Program-made: the position numbers and the translations under genes
NCBI GenBank assembly: GCA_964057225.1
Contig: OZ059896.1
Location: 20,708,001-20,772,000 of the forward strand
DNA: 64,000 nt
Direction of reading: 5' to 3'
From: Auanema rhodensis
Taxonomy: Eukaryota; Animalia; Nematoda
Notes under the pieces: model-generated
What the model saw: the letters and a program-made list of their open reading frames with translations, nothing else
The model's database searches: none
What the model was told of the DNA's origin: nothing
Shown: piece after piece, positions 10,401 to 25,909 of the stretch
Numbering within the stretch: position 1 is the stretch's first letter
Layout of the letters: every line of letters begins with the position of its first letter

Positions 10401-13400
10401 GACAATGTTATTCAACGAAAAAATTAATTCTTCAGGGTGAAAATCGAGGATATAAGTGTGAACTTATATCAGTTGATATCTCGGTGCATTTTTAAGCTAG
10501 CGCAAATATGATAACACAGATCGACGCAGCTTAAAAATCCGCATCGAATGCACTATACTACATTGAGAAACGCTTAATACAAAAATTAGTTATGATCGTT
10601 TGAAAAATGATGCATTAGTGTATGTTGAGTTTCCATGTACACTCAACATTGCTTCCAAAAACATTTTGACAAAAATTTTTTCGAAAAATTTCAAAATAAT
10701 TTAGCAAAAAGTAGATGTTTTTAGATTCCATTTTTTCAAGGCAAAGACGATAGACAATGTTATTCAACGAAAAAATTAATTCTTCAGGGTGAAAATCGAG
10801 GATATAAGTGTGAACTTATATCAGTTGATATCTCGGTGCATTTTCAAGCTAGCGCAAATCTGATAACACAGATCGACGCAGCTTAAAAATCCGCATCGAA
10901 TGCACTATACTACATTGAGAAACGCTTAATACAAAAATTAGTTATGATCGTTTGAAAAATGATGCATTAGTGTATGTTGAGTTTCCATGTACACTCAACA
11001 TTGCTTCCAAAAACATTTTGACAAAAATTTTTTCGAAAAATTTCAAAATAATTTAGCAAAAAGTAGATGTTTTTAGATTCCATTTTTCAAGGCAAAGACG
11101 ATAGACAGTGTTATTCAACGAAAAAATTAATTCTTCAGGGTGAAAATCGAGGATATAAGTGTGAACTTATATCAGTTGATATCTCGGTGCATTTTCAAGC
11201 TAGCGCAAATCTGATAACACAGATCGACGCAGCTTAAAAATCCGCATCGAATGCACTATACTACATTGAGAAACGCTTAATACAAAAATTAGTTATGATC
11301 GTTTGAAAAATGATGCATTAGTGTATGTTGAGTTTCCATGTACACTCAACATTGCTTCCAAAAACATTTTGACAAAAATTTTTTCGAAAAATTTCGAAAT
11401 AATTTAGCAAAAAGTAGATGTTTTTAGATTCCATTTTTCAAGGCAAAGACGATAGACAGTGTTATTCAACGAAAAAATTAATTCTTCAGGGTGAAAATCG
11501 AGGATATAAGTGTGAACTTATATCAGTTGATATCTCGGTGCATTTTTAAGCTAGCGCAAATCTGATAACACAGATCGGCGCAGCTTAAAATCCGCATCGA
11601 ATGCACTATACTACATTGAGAAACGCTTGATACAAAAATTAGTTATGATCGTTTGAAAAATGATGCATTAGTGTATGTTGAGTTTCCATGTACACTCAAC
11701 ATTGCTTCCAAAAACATTTTGACAAAAATTTTTTCGAAAAATTTCGAAATAATTTAGCAAAAAGTAGATGTTTTTAGATTCCTTTTTTTAAGGCAAAAAC
11801 GATGGACAATGTTATTCAACGAAAAAATTAATTCTTCAGGGTGAAAATCGAGGATATAAGTGTGAACTTATATCAGTTGATATCTCGGTGCATTTTTAAG
11901 CTAGCGCAAATATGATAACACAGATCGACGCAGCTTAAAAATCCGCATCGAATGCACTATACTACATTGAGAAACGCTTAATACAAAAATTAGTTATGAT
12001 CGTTTGAAAAATGATGCATTAGTGTATGTTGAGTTTCCATGTACACTCAACATTGCTTCCAAAAACATTTTGACAAAAATTTTTTCGAAAAATTTCAAAA
12101 TAATTTAGCAAAAAGTAGATGTTTTTAGATTCCATTTTTCAAGGCAAAGACGATAGACAATGTTATTCAACGAAAAAATTATTTCTTCAGGGTGAAAATC
12201 GAGGATATAAGTGTGAACATATATCAGTTGATATCTCGGTGCATTTTCAAGCTAGCGCAAATCTGATAACACAGATCGACGCAGCTTAAAAATCCGCATC
12301 GAATGCACTATACTACATTGAGAAACGCTTAATACAAAAATTAGTTATGATCGTTTGAAAAATGATGCATTAGTGTATGTTGAGTTTCCATGTACACTCA
12401 ACATTGCTTCCAAAAACATTTTGACAAAAATTTTTTCGAAAAATTTCAAAATAATTTAGCAAAAAGTAGATGTTTTTAGATTTCTTTTTTTAAGGCAAAA
12501 ACGATGGACAATGTTATTCAACGAAAAAATTAATTCTTCAGGGTGAAAATCGAGGATATAAGTGTGAACTTATATCAGTTGATATCTCGGTGCATTTTTA
12601 AGCTAGCGCAAATCTGATAACACAGATCGACGCAGCTTAAAAATCTGCATCGAATGCACTATACTACATCAAGAAACGCTTGATACAAAAATTAGTTATG
12701 ATCGTTTGAAAAATGATGCATTAGTGTATGTTGAGTTTCCATGTACACTCAACATTGCTTCCAAAAACATTTTGACAAAAATTTTTTCGAAAAATTTCAA
12801 AATAATTTAGCAAAAAGTAGATGTTTTTAGATTCCATTTTTCAAGGCAAAGACGATAGACAATGTTATTCAACGAAAAAATTAATTCTTCAGGGTGAAAA
12901 TCGAGGATATAAGTGTGAACTTATATCAGTTGATATCTCGGTGCATTTTTAAGCTAGCGCAAATCTGATAACACAGATCGACGCAGCTTAAAAATCCACA
13001 TCGAATGCACTATACTACATTGAGAAACGCTTGATACAAAAATTAGTTATGATCGTTTGAAAAATGATGCATTAGTGTATGTTGAGTTTCCATGTACACT
13101 CAACATTGCTTCCAAAAACATTTTGACAAAAATTTTTTCGAAAAATTTCAAAATAATTTAGCAAAAAGTAGATGTTTTTAGATTCCTTTTTTCAAGGCAA
13201 AGACGATGGACAATGTTATTCAACGAAAAAATTAATTCTTCAGGGTGAAAATCGAGGATATAAGTGTGAACTTATATCAGTTGATATCTCGGTGCATTTT
13301 TAAGCTAGCGCAAATCTGATAACACAGATCGGCGCAGCTTAAAATCCGCATCGAATGCACTATACTACATTGAGAAACGCTTGATACAAAAATTAGTTAT

Positions 13401-15789
13401 GATCGTTTGAAAAATGATGCATTAGTGTATGTTGAGTTTCCATGTACACTCAACATTGCTTCCAAAAACATTTTGACAAAAATTTTTTCGAAAAATTTCA
13501 AAATAATTTAGCAAAAAGTAGATGTTTTTAGATTCCTTTTTTTAAGGCAAAAACGATGGACAATGTTATTCAACGAAAAAATTAATTCTTCAGGGTGAAA
13601 ATCGAGGATATAAGTGTGAACTTATATCAGTTGATATCTCGGTGCATTTTTAAGCTAGCGCAAATCTGATAACACAGATCGACGCAGCTTAAAAATCCGC
13701 ATCGAATGCACTATACTACATTGAGAAACGCTTAATACAAAAATTAGTTATGATCGTTTGAAAAATGATGCATTAGTGTATGTTGAGTTTCCATGTACAC
13801 TCAACATTGCTTCCAAAAACATTTTGACAAAAATTTTTTCGAAAAATTTCAAAATAATTTAGCAAAAAGTAGATGTTTTTAGATTCCATTTTTCAAGGCA
13901 AAGACGATGGACAATGTTATTCAACGAAAAAATTAATTCTTCAGGGTGAAAATCGAGGATATAAGTGTGAACTTATATCAGTTGATATCTCGGTGCATTT
14001 TTAAGCTAGCGCAAATCTGATAACACAGATCGGCGCAGCTTAAAATCCGCATCGAATGCACTATACTACATTGAGAAACGCTTGATACAAAAATTAGTTA
14101 TGATCGTTTGAAAAATGATGCATTAGTGTATGTTGAGTTTCCATGTACACTCAACATTGCTTCCAAAAACATTTTGACAAAAATTTTTTCGAAAAATTTC
14201 GAAATAATTTAGCAAAAAGTAGATGCTTTTAGATTCCTTTTTTTAAGGCAAAAACGATGGACAATGTTATTCAACGAAAAAATTAATTCTTCAGGGTGAA
14301 AATCGAGGATATAAGTGTGAACTTATATCAGTTGATATCTCGGTGCATTTTTAAGCTAGCGCAAATATGATAACACAGATCGACGCAGCTTAAAAATCCG
14401 CATCGAATGCACTATACTACATTGAGAAACGCTTAATACAAAAATTAGTTATGATCGTTTGAAAAATGATGCATTAGTGTATGTTGAGTTTCCATGTACA
14501 CTCAACATTGCTTCCAAAAACATTTTGACAAAAATTTTTTCGAAAAATTTCAAAATAATTTAGCAAAAAGTAGATGTTTTTAGATTCCATTTTTTCAAGG
14601 CAAAGACGATAGACAATGTTATTCAACGAAAAAATTAATTCTTCAGGGTGAAAATCGAGGATATAAGTGTGAACTTATATCAGTTGATATCTCGGTGCAT
14701 TTTCAAGCTAGCGCAAATCTGATAACACAGATCGACGCAGCTTAAAAATCCGCATCGAATGCACTATACTACATTGAGAAACGCTTAATACAAAAATTAG
14801 TTATGATCGTTTGAAAAATGATGCATTAGTGTATGTTGAGTTTCCATGTACACTCAACATTGCTTCCAAAAACATTTTGACAAAAATTTTTTCGAAAAAT
14901 TTCAAAATAATTTAGCAAAAAGTAGATGTTTTTAGATTCCATTTTTCAAGGCAAAGACGATAGACAGTGTTATTCAACGAAAAAATTAATTCTTCAGGGT
15001 GAAAATCGAGGATATAAGTGTGAACTTATATCAGTTGATATCTCGGTGCATTTTCAAGCTAGCGCAAATCTGATAACACAGATCGACGCAGCTTAAAAAT
15101 CCGCATCGAATGCACTATACTACATTGAGAAACGCTTAATACAAAAATTAGTTATGATCGTTTGAAAAATGATGCATTAGTGTATGTTGAGTTTCCATGT
15201 ACACTCAACATTGCTTCCAAAAACATTTTGACAAAAATTTTTTCGAAAAATTTCGAAATAATTTAGCAAAAAGTAGATGTTTTTAGATTCCTTTTTTTAA
15301 GGCAAAAACGATGGACAATGTTATTCAACGAAAAAATTAATTCTTCAGGGTGAAAATCGAGGATATAAGTGTGAACTTATATCAGTTGATATCTCGGTGC
15401 ATTTTTAAGCTAGCGCAAATCTGATAACACAGATCGACGCAGCTTAAAAATCCGCATCGAATGCACTATACTACATTGAGAAACGCTTAATACAAAAATT
15501 AGTTATGATCGTTTGAAAAATGATGCATTAGTGTATGTTGAGTTTCCATGTACACTCAACATTGCTTCCAAAAACATTTTGACAAAAATTTTTTCGAAAA
15601 ATTTCAAAATAATTTAGCAAAAAGTAGATGTTTTTAGATTCCATTTTTCAAGGCAAAGACGATAGACAATGTTATTCAACGAAAAAATTATTTCTTCAGG
15701 GTGAAAATCGAGGATATAAGTGTGAACATATATCAGTTGATATCTCGGTGCATTTTCAAGCTAGCGCAAATCTGATAACACAGATCGAC

Positions 15790-18700
15790 GCAGCTTAAAA
15801 ATCCGCATCGAATGCACTATACTACATTGAGAAACGCTTAATACAAAAATTAGTTATGATCGTTTGAAAAATGATGCATTAGTGTATGTTGAGTTTCCAT
15901 GTACACTCAACATTGCTTCCAAAAACATTTTGACAAAAATTTTTTCGAAAAATTTCAAAATAATTTAGCAAAAAGTAGATGTTTTTAGATTCCATTTTTC
16001 AAGGCAAAGACGATAGACAATGTTATTCAACGAAAAAATTATTTCTTCAGGGTGAAAATCGAGGATATAAGTGTGAACATATATCAGTTGATATCTCGGT
16101 GCATTTTCAAGCTAGCGCAAATCTGATAACACAGATCGACGCAGCTTAAAAATCCGCATCGAATGCACTATACTACATTGAGAAACGCTTAATACAAAAA
16201 TTAGTTATGATCGTTTGAAAAATGATGCATTAGTGTATGTTGAGTTTCCATGTACACTCAACATTGCTTCCAAAAACATTTTGACAAAAATTTTTTCGAA
16301 AAATTTCAAAATAATTTAGCAAAAAGTAGATGTTTTTAGATTTCTTTTTTTAAGGCAAAAACGATGGACAATGTTATTCAACGAAAAAATTAATTCTTCA
16401 GGGTGAAAATCGAGGATATAAGTGTGAACTTATATCAGTTGATATCTCGGTGCATTTTTAAGCTAGCGCAAATCTGATAACACAGATCGACGCAGCTTAA
16501 AAATCTGCATCGAATGCACTATACTACATCAAGAAACGCTTGATACAAAAATTAGTTATGATCGTTTGAAAAATGATGCATTAGTGTATGTTGAGTTTCC
16601 ATGTACACTCAACATTGCTTCCAAAAACATTTTGACAAAAATTTTTTCGAAAAATTTCAAAATAATTTAGCAAAAAGTAGATGTTTTTAGATTCCATTTT
16701 TCAAGGCAAAGACGATAGACAATGTTATTCAACGAAAAAATTAATTCTTCAGGGTGAAAATCGAGGATATAAGTGTGAACTTATATCAGTTGATATCTCG
16801 GTGCATTTTTAAGCTAGCGCAAATCTGATAACACAGATCGACGCAGCTTAAAAATCCACATCGAATGCACTATACTACATTGAGAAACGCTTGATACAAA
16901 AATTAGTTATGATCGTTTGAAAAATGATGCATTAGTGTATGTTGAGTTTCCATGTACACTCAACATTGCTTCCAAAAACATTTTGACAAAAATTTTTTCG
17001 AAAAATTTCAAAATAATTTAGCAAAAAGTAGATGTTTTTAGATTCCTTTTTTCAAGGCAAAGACGATGGACAATGTTATTCAACGAAAAAATTAATTCTT
17101 CAGGGTGAAAATCGAGGATATAAGTGTGAACTTATATCAGTTGATATCTCGGTGCATTTTTAAGCTAGCGCAAATCTGATAACACAGATCGGCGCAGCTT
17201 AAAATCCGCATCGAATGCACTATACTACATTGAGAAACGCTTGATACAAAAATTAGTTATGATCGTTTGAAAAATGATGCATTAGTGTATGTTGAGTTTC
17301 CATGTACACTCAACATTGCTTCCAAAAACATTTTGACAAAAATTTTTTCGAAAAATTTCAAAATAATTTAGCAAAAAGTAGATGTTTTTAGATTCCTTTT
17401 TTTAAGGCAAAAACGATGGACAATGTTATTCAACGAAAAAATTATTTCTTCAGGGTGAAAATCGAGGATATAAGTGTGAACTTATATCAGTTGATATCTC
17501 GGTGCATTTTTAAGCTAGCGCAAATCTGATAACACAGATCGACGCAGCTTAAAAATCCACATCGAATGCACTATACTACATTGAGAAACGCTTGATACAA
17601 AAATTAGTTATGATCGTTTGAAAAATGATGCATTAGTGTATGTTGAGTTTCCATGTACACTCAACATTGCTTCCAAAAACATTTTGACAAAAATTTTTTC
17701 GAAAAATTTCAAAATAATTTAGCAAAAAGTAGATGTTTTTAGATTCCTTTTTTCAAGGCAAAGACGATGGACAATGTTATTCAACGAAAAAATTAATTCT
17801 TCAGGGTGAAAATCGAGGATATAAGTGTGAACTTATATCAGTTGATATCTCGGTGCATTTTTAAGCTAGCGCAAATCTGATAACACAGATCGACGCAGCT
17901 TAAAAATCCGCATCGAATGCACTATACTACATTGAGAAACGCTTAATACAAAAATTAGTTATGATCGTTTGAAAAATGATGCATTAGTGTATGTTGAGTT
18001 TCCATGTACACTCAACATTGCTTCCAAAAACACTTTGACAAAAATTTTTTCGAAAAATTTCAAAATAATTTAGCAAAAAGTAGATGTTTTTAGATTCCAT
18101 TTTTCAAGGCAAAGACGATAGACAATGTTATTCAACGAAAAAATTAATTCTTCAGGGTGAAAATCGAGGATATAAGTGTGAACTTATATCAGTTGATATC
18201 TCGGTGCATTTTCAAGCTAGCGCAAATCTGATAACACAGATCGACGCAGCTTAAAAATCCGCATCGAATGCACTATACTACATTGAGAAACGCTTAATAC
18301 AAAAATTAGTTATGATCGTTTGAAAAATGATGCATTAGTGTATGTTGAGTTTCCATGTACACTCAACATTGCTTCCAAAAACATTTTGACAAAAATTTTT
18401 TCGAAAAATTTCAAAATAATTTAGCAAAAAGTAGATGTTTTTAGATTCCATTTTTCAAGGCAAAGACGATAGACAATGTTATTCAACGAAAAAATTAATT
18501 CTTCAGGGTGAAAATCGAGGATATAAGTGTGAACTTATATCAGTTGATATCTCGGTGCATTTTTAAGCTAGCGCAAATCTGATAACACAGATCGACGCAG
18601 CTTAAAAATCCACATCGAATGCACTATACTACATTGAGAAACGCTTGATACAAAAATTAGTTATGATCGTTTGAAAAATGATGCATTAGTGTATGTTGAG

Positions 18701-21700
18701 TTTCCATGTACACTCAACATTGCTTCCAAAAACATTTTGACAAAAATTTTTTCGAAAAATTTCAAAATAATTTAGCAAAAAGTAGATGTTTTTAGATTCC
18801 TTTTTTCAAGGCAAAGACGATGGACAATGTTATTCAACGAAAAAATTAATTCTTCAGGGTGAAAATCGAGGATATAAGTGTGAACTCATATCAGTTGATA
18901 TCTCGGTGCATTTTTAAGCTAGCGCAAATCTGATAACACAGATCGACGCAGCTTAAAAATCCGCATCGAATGCACTATACTACATTGAGAAACGCTTAAT
19001 ACAAAAATTAGTTATGATCGTTTGAAAAATGATGCATTAGTGTATGTTGAGTTTCCATGTACACTCAACATTGCTTCCAAAAACATTTTGACAAAAATTT
19101 TTTCGAAAAATTTCAAAATAATTTAGCAAAAAGTAGATGTTTTTAGATTCCATTTTTCAAGGCAAAGACGATAGACAATGTTATTCAACGAAAAAATTAA
19201 TTCTTCAGGGTGAAAATCGAGGATATAAGTGTGAACTTATATCAGTTGATATCTCGGTGCATTTTTAAGCTAGCGCAAATCTGATAACACAGATCGACGC
19301 AGCTTAAAAATCCACATCGAATGCACTATACTACATTGAGAAACGCTTGATACAAAAATTAGTTATGATCGTTTGAAAAATGATGCATTAGTGTATGTTG
19401 AGTTTCCATGTACACTCAACATTGCTTCCAAAAACAATTTGACAAAAATTTTTTCGAAAAATTTCAAAATAATTTAGCAAAAAGTAGATGTTTTTAGATT
19501 CCTTTTTTCAAGGCAAAGACGATGGACAATGTTATTCAACGAAAAAATTAATTCTTCAGGGTGAAAATCGAGGATATAAGTGTGAACTTATATCAGTTGA
19601 TATCTCGGTGCATTTTTAAGCTAGCGCAAATCTGATAACACAGATCGACGCAGCTTAAAAATCCGCATCGAATGCACTATACTACATTGAGAAACGCTTA
19701 ATACAAAAATTAGTTATGATCGTTTGAAAAATGATGCATTAGTGTATGTTGAGTTTCCATGTACACTCAACATTGCTTCCAAAAACATTTTGACAAAAAT
19801 TTTTTCGAAAAATTTCAAAATAATTTAGCAAAAAGTAGATGTTTTTAGATTCCATTTTTCAAGGCAAAGACGATAGACAATGTTATTCAACGAAAAAATT
19901 ATTTCTTCAGGGTGAAAATCGAGGATATAAGTGTGAACATATATCAGTTGATATCTCGGTGCATTTTCAAGCTAGCGCAAATCTGATAACACAGATCGAC
20001 GCAGCTTAAAAATCCGCATCGAATGCACTATACTACATTGAGAAACGCTTAATACAAAAATTAGTTATGATCGTTTGAAAAATGATGCATTAGTGTATGT
20101 TGAGTTTCCATGTACACTCAACATTGCTTCCAAAAACATTTTGACAAAAATTTTTTCGAAAAATTTCAAAATAATTTAGCAAAAAGTAGATGTTTTTAGA
20201 TTTCTTTTTTTAAGGCAAAAACGATGGACAATGTTATTCAACGAAAAAATTAATTCTTCAGGGTGAAAATCGAGGATATAAGTGTGAACTTATATCAGTT
20301 GATATCTCGGTGCATTTTTAAGCTAGCGCAAATCTGATAACACAGATCGACGCAGCTTAAAAATCTGCATCGAATGCACTATACTACATCAAGAAACGCT
20401 TGATACAAAAATTAGTTATGATCGTTTGAAAAATGATGCATTAGTGTATGTTGAGTTTCCATGTACACTCAACATTGCTTCCAAAAACATTTTGACAAAA
20501 ATTTTTTCGAAAAATTTCAAAATAATTTAGCAAAAAGTAGATGTTTTTAGATTCCATTTTTCAAGGCAAAGACGATAGACAATGTTATTCAACGAAAAAA
20601 TTAATTCTTCAGGGTGAAAATCGAGGATATAAGTGTGAACTTATATCAGTTGATATCTCGGTGCATTTTTAAGCTAGCGCAAATCTGATAACACAGATCG
20701 ACGCAGCTTAAAAATCCACATCGAATGCACTATACTACATTGAGAAACGCTTGATACAAAAATTAGTTATGATCGTTTGAAAAATGATGCATTAGTGTAT
20801 GTTGAGTTTCCATGTACACTCAACATTGCTTCCAAAAACATTTTGACAAAAATTTTTTCGAAAAATTTCAAAATAATTTAGCAAAAAGTAGATGTTTTTA
20901 GATTCCTTTTTTCAAGGCAAAGACGATGGACAATGTTATTCAACGAAAAAATTAATTCTTCAGGGTGAAAATCGAGGATATAAGTGTGAACTTATATCAG
21001 TTGATATCTCGGTGCATTTTTAAGCTAGCGCAAATCTGATAACACAGATCGGCGCAGCTTAAAATCCGCATCGAATGCACTATACTACATTGAGAAACGC
21101 TTGATACAAAAATTAGTTATGATCGTTTGAAAAATGATGCATTAGTGTATGTTGAGTTTCCATGTACACTCAACATTGCTTCCAAAAACATTTTGACAAA
21201 AATTTTTTCGAAAAATTTCAAAATAATTTAGCAAAAAGTAGATGTTTTTAGATTCCTTTTTTTAAGGCAAAAACGATGGACAATGTTATTCAACGAAAAA
21301 ATTATTTCTTCAGGGTGAAAATCGAGGATATAAGTGTGAACTTATATCAGTTGATATCTCGGTGCATTTTTAAGCTAGCGCAAATCTGATAACACAGATC
21401 GACGCAGCTTAAAAATCCACATCGAATGCACTATACTACATTGAGAAACGCTTGATACAAAAATTAGTTATGATCGTTTGAAAAATGATGCATTAGTGTA
21501 TGTTGAGTTTCCATGTACACTCAACATTGCTTCCAAAAACATTTTGACAAAAATTTTTTCGAAAAATTTCAAAATAATTTAGCAAAAAGTAGATGTTTTT
21601 AGATTCCTTTTTTCAAGGCAAAGACGATGGACAATGTTATTCAACGAAAAAATTAATTCTTCAGGGTGAAAATCGAGGATATAAGTGTGAACTTATATCA

Positions 21701-23509
21701 GTTGATATCTCGGTGCATTTTTAAGCTAGCGCAAATCTGATAACACAGATCGACGCAGCTTAAAAATCCGCATCGAATGCACTATACTACATTGAGAAAC
21801 GCTTAATACAAAAATTAGTTATGATCGTTTGAAAAATGATGCATTAGTGTATGTTGAGTTTCCATGTACACTCAACATTGCTTCCAAAAACACTTTGACA
21901 AAAATTTTTTCGAAAAATTTCAAAATAATTTAGCAAAAAGTAGATGTTTTTAGATTCCATTTTTCAAGGCAAAGACGATAGACAATGTTATTCAACGAAA
22001 AAATTAATTCTTCAGGGTGAAAATCGAGGATATAAGTGTGAACTTATATCAGTTGATATCTCGGTGCATTTTCAAGCTAGCGCAAATCTGATAACACAGA
22101 TCGACGCAGCTTAAAAATCCGCATCGAATGCACTATACTACATTGAGAAACGCTTAATACAAAAATTAGTTATGATCGTTTGAAAAATGATGCATTAGTG
22201 TATGTTGAGTTTCCATGTACACTCAACATTGCTTCCAAAAACATTTTGACAAAAATTTTTTCGAAAAATTTCAAAATAATTTAGCAAAAAGTAGATGTTT
22301 TTAGATTCCATTTTTCAAGGCAAAGACGATAGACAATGTTATTCAACGAAAAAATTAATTCTTCAGGGTGAAAATCGAGGATATAAGTGTGAACTTATAT
22401 CAGTTGATATCTCGGTGCATTTTTAAGCTAGCGCAAATCTGATAACACAGATCGACGCAGCTTAAAAATCCACATCGAATGCACTATACTACATTGAGAA
22501 ACGCTTGATACAAAAATTAGTTATGATCGTTTGAAAAATGATGCATTAGTGTATGTTGAGTTTCCATGTACACTCAACATTGCTTCCAAAAACATTTTGA
22601 CAAAAATTTTTTCGAAAAATTTCAAAATAATTTAGCAAAAAGTAGATGTTTTTAGATTCCTTTTTTCAAGGCAAAGACGATGGACAATGTTATTCAACGA
22701 AAAAATTAATTCTTCAGGGTGAAAATCGAGGATATAAGTGTGAACTCATATCAGTTGATATCTCGGTGCATTTTTAAGCTAGCGCAAATCTGATAACACA
22801 GATCGACGCAGCTTAAAAATCCGCATCGAATGCACTATACTACATTGAGAAACGCTTAATACAAAAATTAGTTATGATCGTTTGAAAAATGATGCATTAG
22901 TGTATGTTGAGTTTCCATGTACACTCAACATTGCTTCCAAAAACATTTTGACAAAAATTTTTTCGAAAAATTTCAAAATAATTTAGCAAAAAGTAGATGT
23001 TTTTAGATTCCATTTTTCAAGGCAAAGACGATAGACAATGTTATTCAACGAAAAAATTAATTCTTCAGGGTGAAAATCGAGGATATAAGTGTGAACTTAT
23101 ATCAGTTGATATCTCGGTGCATTTTTAAGCTAGCGCAAATCTGATAACACAGATCGACGCAGCTTAAAAATCCACATCGAATGCACTATACTACATTGAG
23201 AAACGCTTGATACAAAAATTAGTTATGATCGTTTGAAAAATGATGCATTAGTGTATGTTGAGTTTCCATGTACACTCAACATTGCTTCCAAAAACAATTT
23301 GACAAAAATTTTTTCGAAAAATTTCAAAATAATTTAGCAAAAAGTAGATGTTTTTAGATTCCTTTTTTCAAGGCAAAGACGATGGACAATGTTATTCAAC
23401 GAAAAAATTAATTCTTCAGGGTGAAAATCGAGGATATAAGTGTGAACTTATATCAGTTGATATCTCGGTGCATTTTTAAGCTAGCGCAAATCTGATAACA
23501 CAGATCGAC
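15790..23509. repeat. 11-monomer higher-order repeat (3860 bp) x2
   Basis: Variants recur at +3860: ATTATTTCTT 17441/21301, CACTTTGACA 18031/21891, TGAACTCATA 18881/22741, AAAACAATTT 19431/23291. Boundaries approximate. Confidence 0.9.
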
Positions 23510-25909
23510 GCAGCTTAAAAATCCGCATCGAATGCACTATACTACATTGAGAAACGCTTAATACAAAAATTAGTTATGATCGTTTGAAAAATGATGCATT
23601 AGTGTATGTTGAGTTTCCATGTACACTCAACATTGCTTCCAAAAACATTTTGACAAAAATTTTTTCGAAAAATTTCAAAATAATTTAGCAAAAAGTAGAT
23701 GTTTTTAGATTCCATTTTTCAAGGCAAAGACGATAGACAATGTTATTCAACGAAAAAATTAATTCTTCAGGGTGAAAATCGAGGATATAAGTGTGAACTT
23801 ATATCAGTTGATATCTCGGTGCATTTTCAAGCTAGCGCAAATCTGATAACACAGATCGACGCAGCTTAAAAATCCGCATCGAATGCACTATACTACATTG
23901 AGAAACGCTTAATACAAAAATTAGTTATGATCGTTTGAAAAATGATGCATTAGTGTATGTTGAGTTTCCATGTACACTCAACATTGCTTCCAAAAACATT
24001 TTGACAAAAATTTTTTCGAAAAATTTCAAAATAATTTAGCAAAAAGTAGATGTTTTTAGATTCCATTTTTCAAGGCAAAGACGATAGACAATGTTATTCA
24101 ACGAAAAAATTAATTCTTCAGGGTGAAAATCGAGGATATAAGTGTGAACTTATATCAGTTGATATCTCGGTGCATTTTTAAGCTAGCGCAAATCTGATAA
24201 CACAGATCGACGCAGCTTAAAAATCCACATCGAATGCACTATACTACATTGAGAAACGCTTGATACAAAAATTAGTTATGATCGTTTGAAAAATGATGCA
24301 TTAGTGTATGTTGAGTTTCCATGTACACTCAACATTGCTTCCAAAAACATTTTGACAAAAATTTTTTCGAAAAATTTCAAAATAATTTAGCAAAAAGTAG
24401 ATGTTTTTAGATTCCTTTTTTCAAGGCAAAGACGATGGACAATGTTATTCAACGAAAAAATTAATTCTTCAGGGTGAAAATCGAGGATATAAGTGTGAAC
24501 TTATATCAGTTGATATCTCGGTGCATTTTTAAGCTAGCGCAAATCTGATAACACAGATCGGCGCAGCTTAAAATCCGCATCGAATGCACTATACTACATT
24601 GAGAAACGCTTGATACAAAAATTAGTTATGATCGTTTGAAAAATGATGCATTAGTGTATGTTGAGTTTCCATGTACACTCAACATTGCTTCCAAAAACAT
24701 TTTGACAAAAATTTTTTCGAAAAATTTCAAAATAATTTAGCAAAAAGTAGATGTTTTTAGATTCCATTTTTCAAGGCAAAGACGATAGACAATGTTATTC
24801 AACGAAAAAATTAATTCTTCAGGGTGAAAATCGAGGATATAAGTGTGAACTTATATCAGTTGATATCTCGGTGCATTTTCAAGCTAGCGCAAATCTGATA
24901 ACACAGATCGACGCAGCTTAAAAATCCGCATCGAATGCACTATACTACATTGAGAAACGCTTAATACAAAAATTAGTTATGATCGTTTGAAAAATGATGC
25001 ATTAGTGTATGTTGAGTTTCCATGTACACTCAACATTGCTTCCAAAAACATTTTGACAAAAATTTTTTCGAAAAATTTCAAAATAATTTAGCAAAAAGTA
25101 GATGTTTTTAGATTCCATTTTTCAAGGCAAAGACGATAGACAATGTTATTCAACGAAAAAATTAATTCTTCAGGGTGAAAATCGAGGATATAAGTGTGAA
25201 CTTATATCAGTTGATATCTCGGTGCATTTTTAAGCTAGCGCAAATCTGAAAACACAGATCGACGCAGCTTAAAAATCCACATCGAATGCACTATACTACA
25301 TTGAGAAACGCTTGATACAAAAATTAGTTATGATCGTTTGAAAAATGATGCATTAGTGTATGTTGAGTTTCCATGTACACTCAACATTGCTTCCAAAAAC
25401 ATTTTGACAAAAATTTTTTCGAAAAATTTCAAAATAATTTAGCAAAAAGTAGATGTTTTTAGATTCCTTTTTTCAAGGCAAAGACGATGGACAATGTTAT
25501 TCAACGAAAAAATTAATTCTTCAGGGTGAAAATCGAGGATATAAGTGTGAACTCATATCAGTTGATATCTCGGTGCATTTTTAAGCTAGCGCAAATCTGA
25601 TAACACAGATCGACGCAGCTTAAAAATCCGCATCGAATGCACTATACTACATTGAGAAACGCTTAATACAAAAATTAGTTATGATCGTTTGAAAAATGAT
25701 GCATTAGTGTATGTTGAGTTTCCATGTACACTCAACATTGCTTCCAAAAACATTTTGACAAAAATTTTTTCGAAAAATTTCAAAATAATTTAGCAAAAAG
25801 TAGATGTTTTTAGATTCCATTTTTCAAGGCAAAGACGATAGACAATGTTATTCAACGAAAAAATTAATTCTTCAGGGTGAAAATCGAGGATATAAGTGTG
25901 AACTTATAT

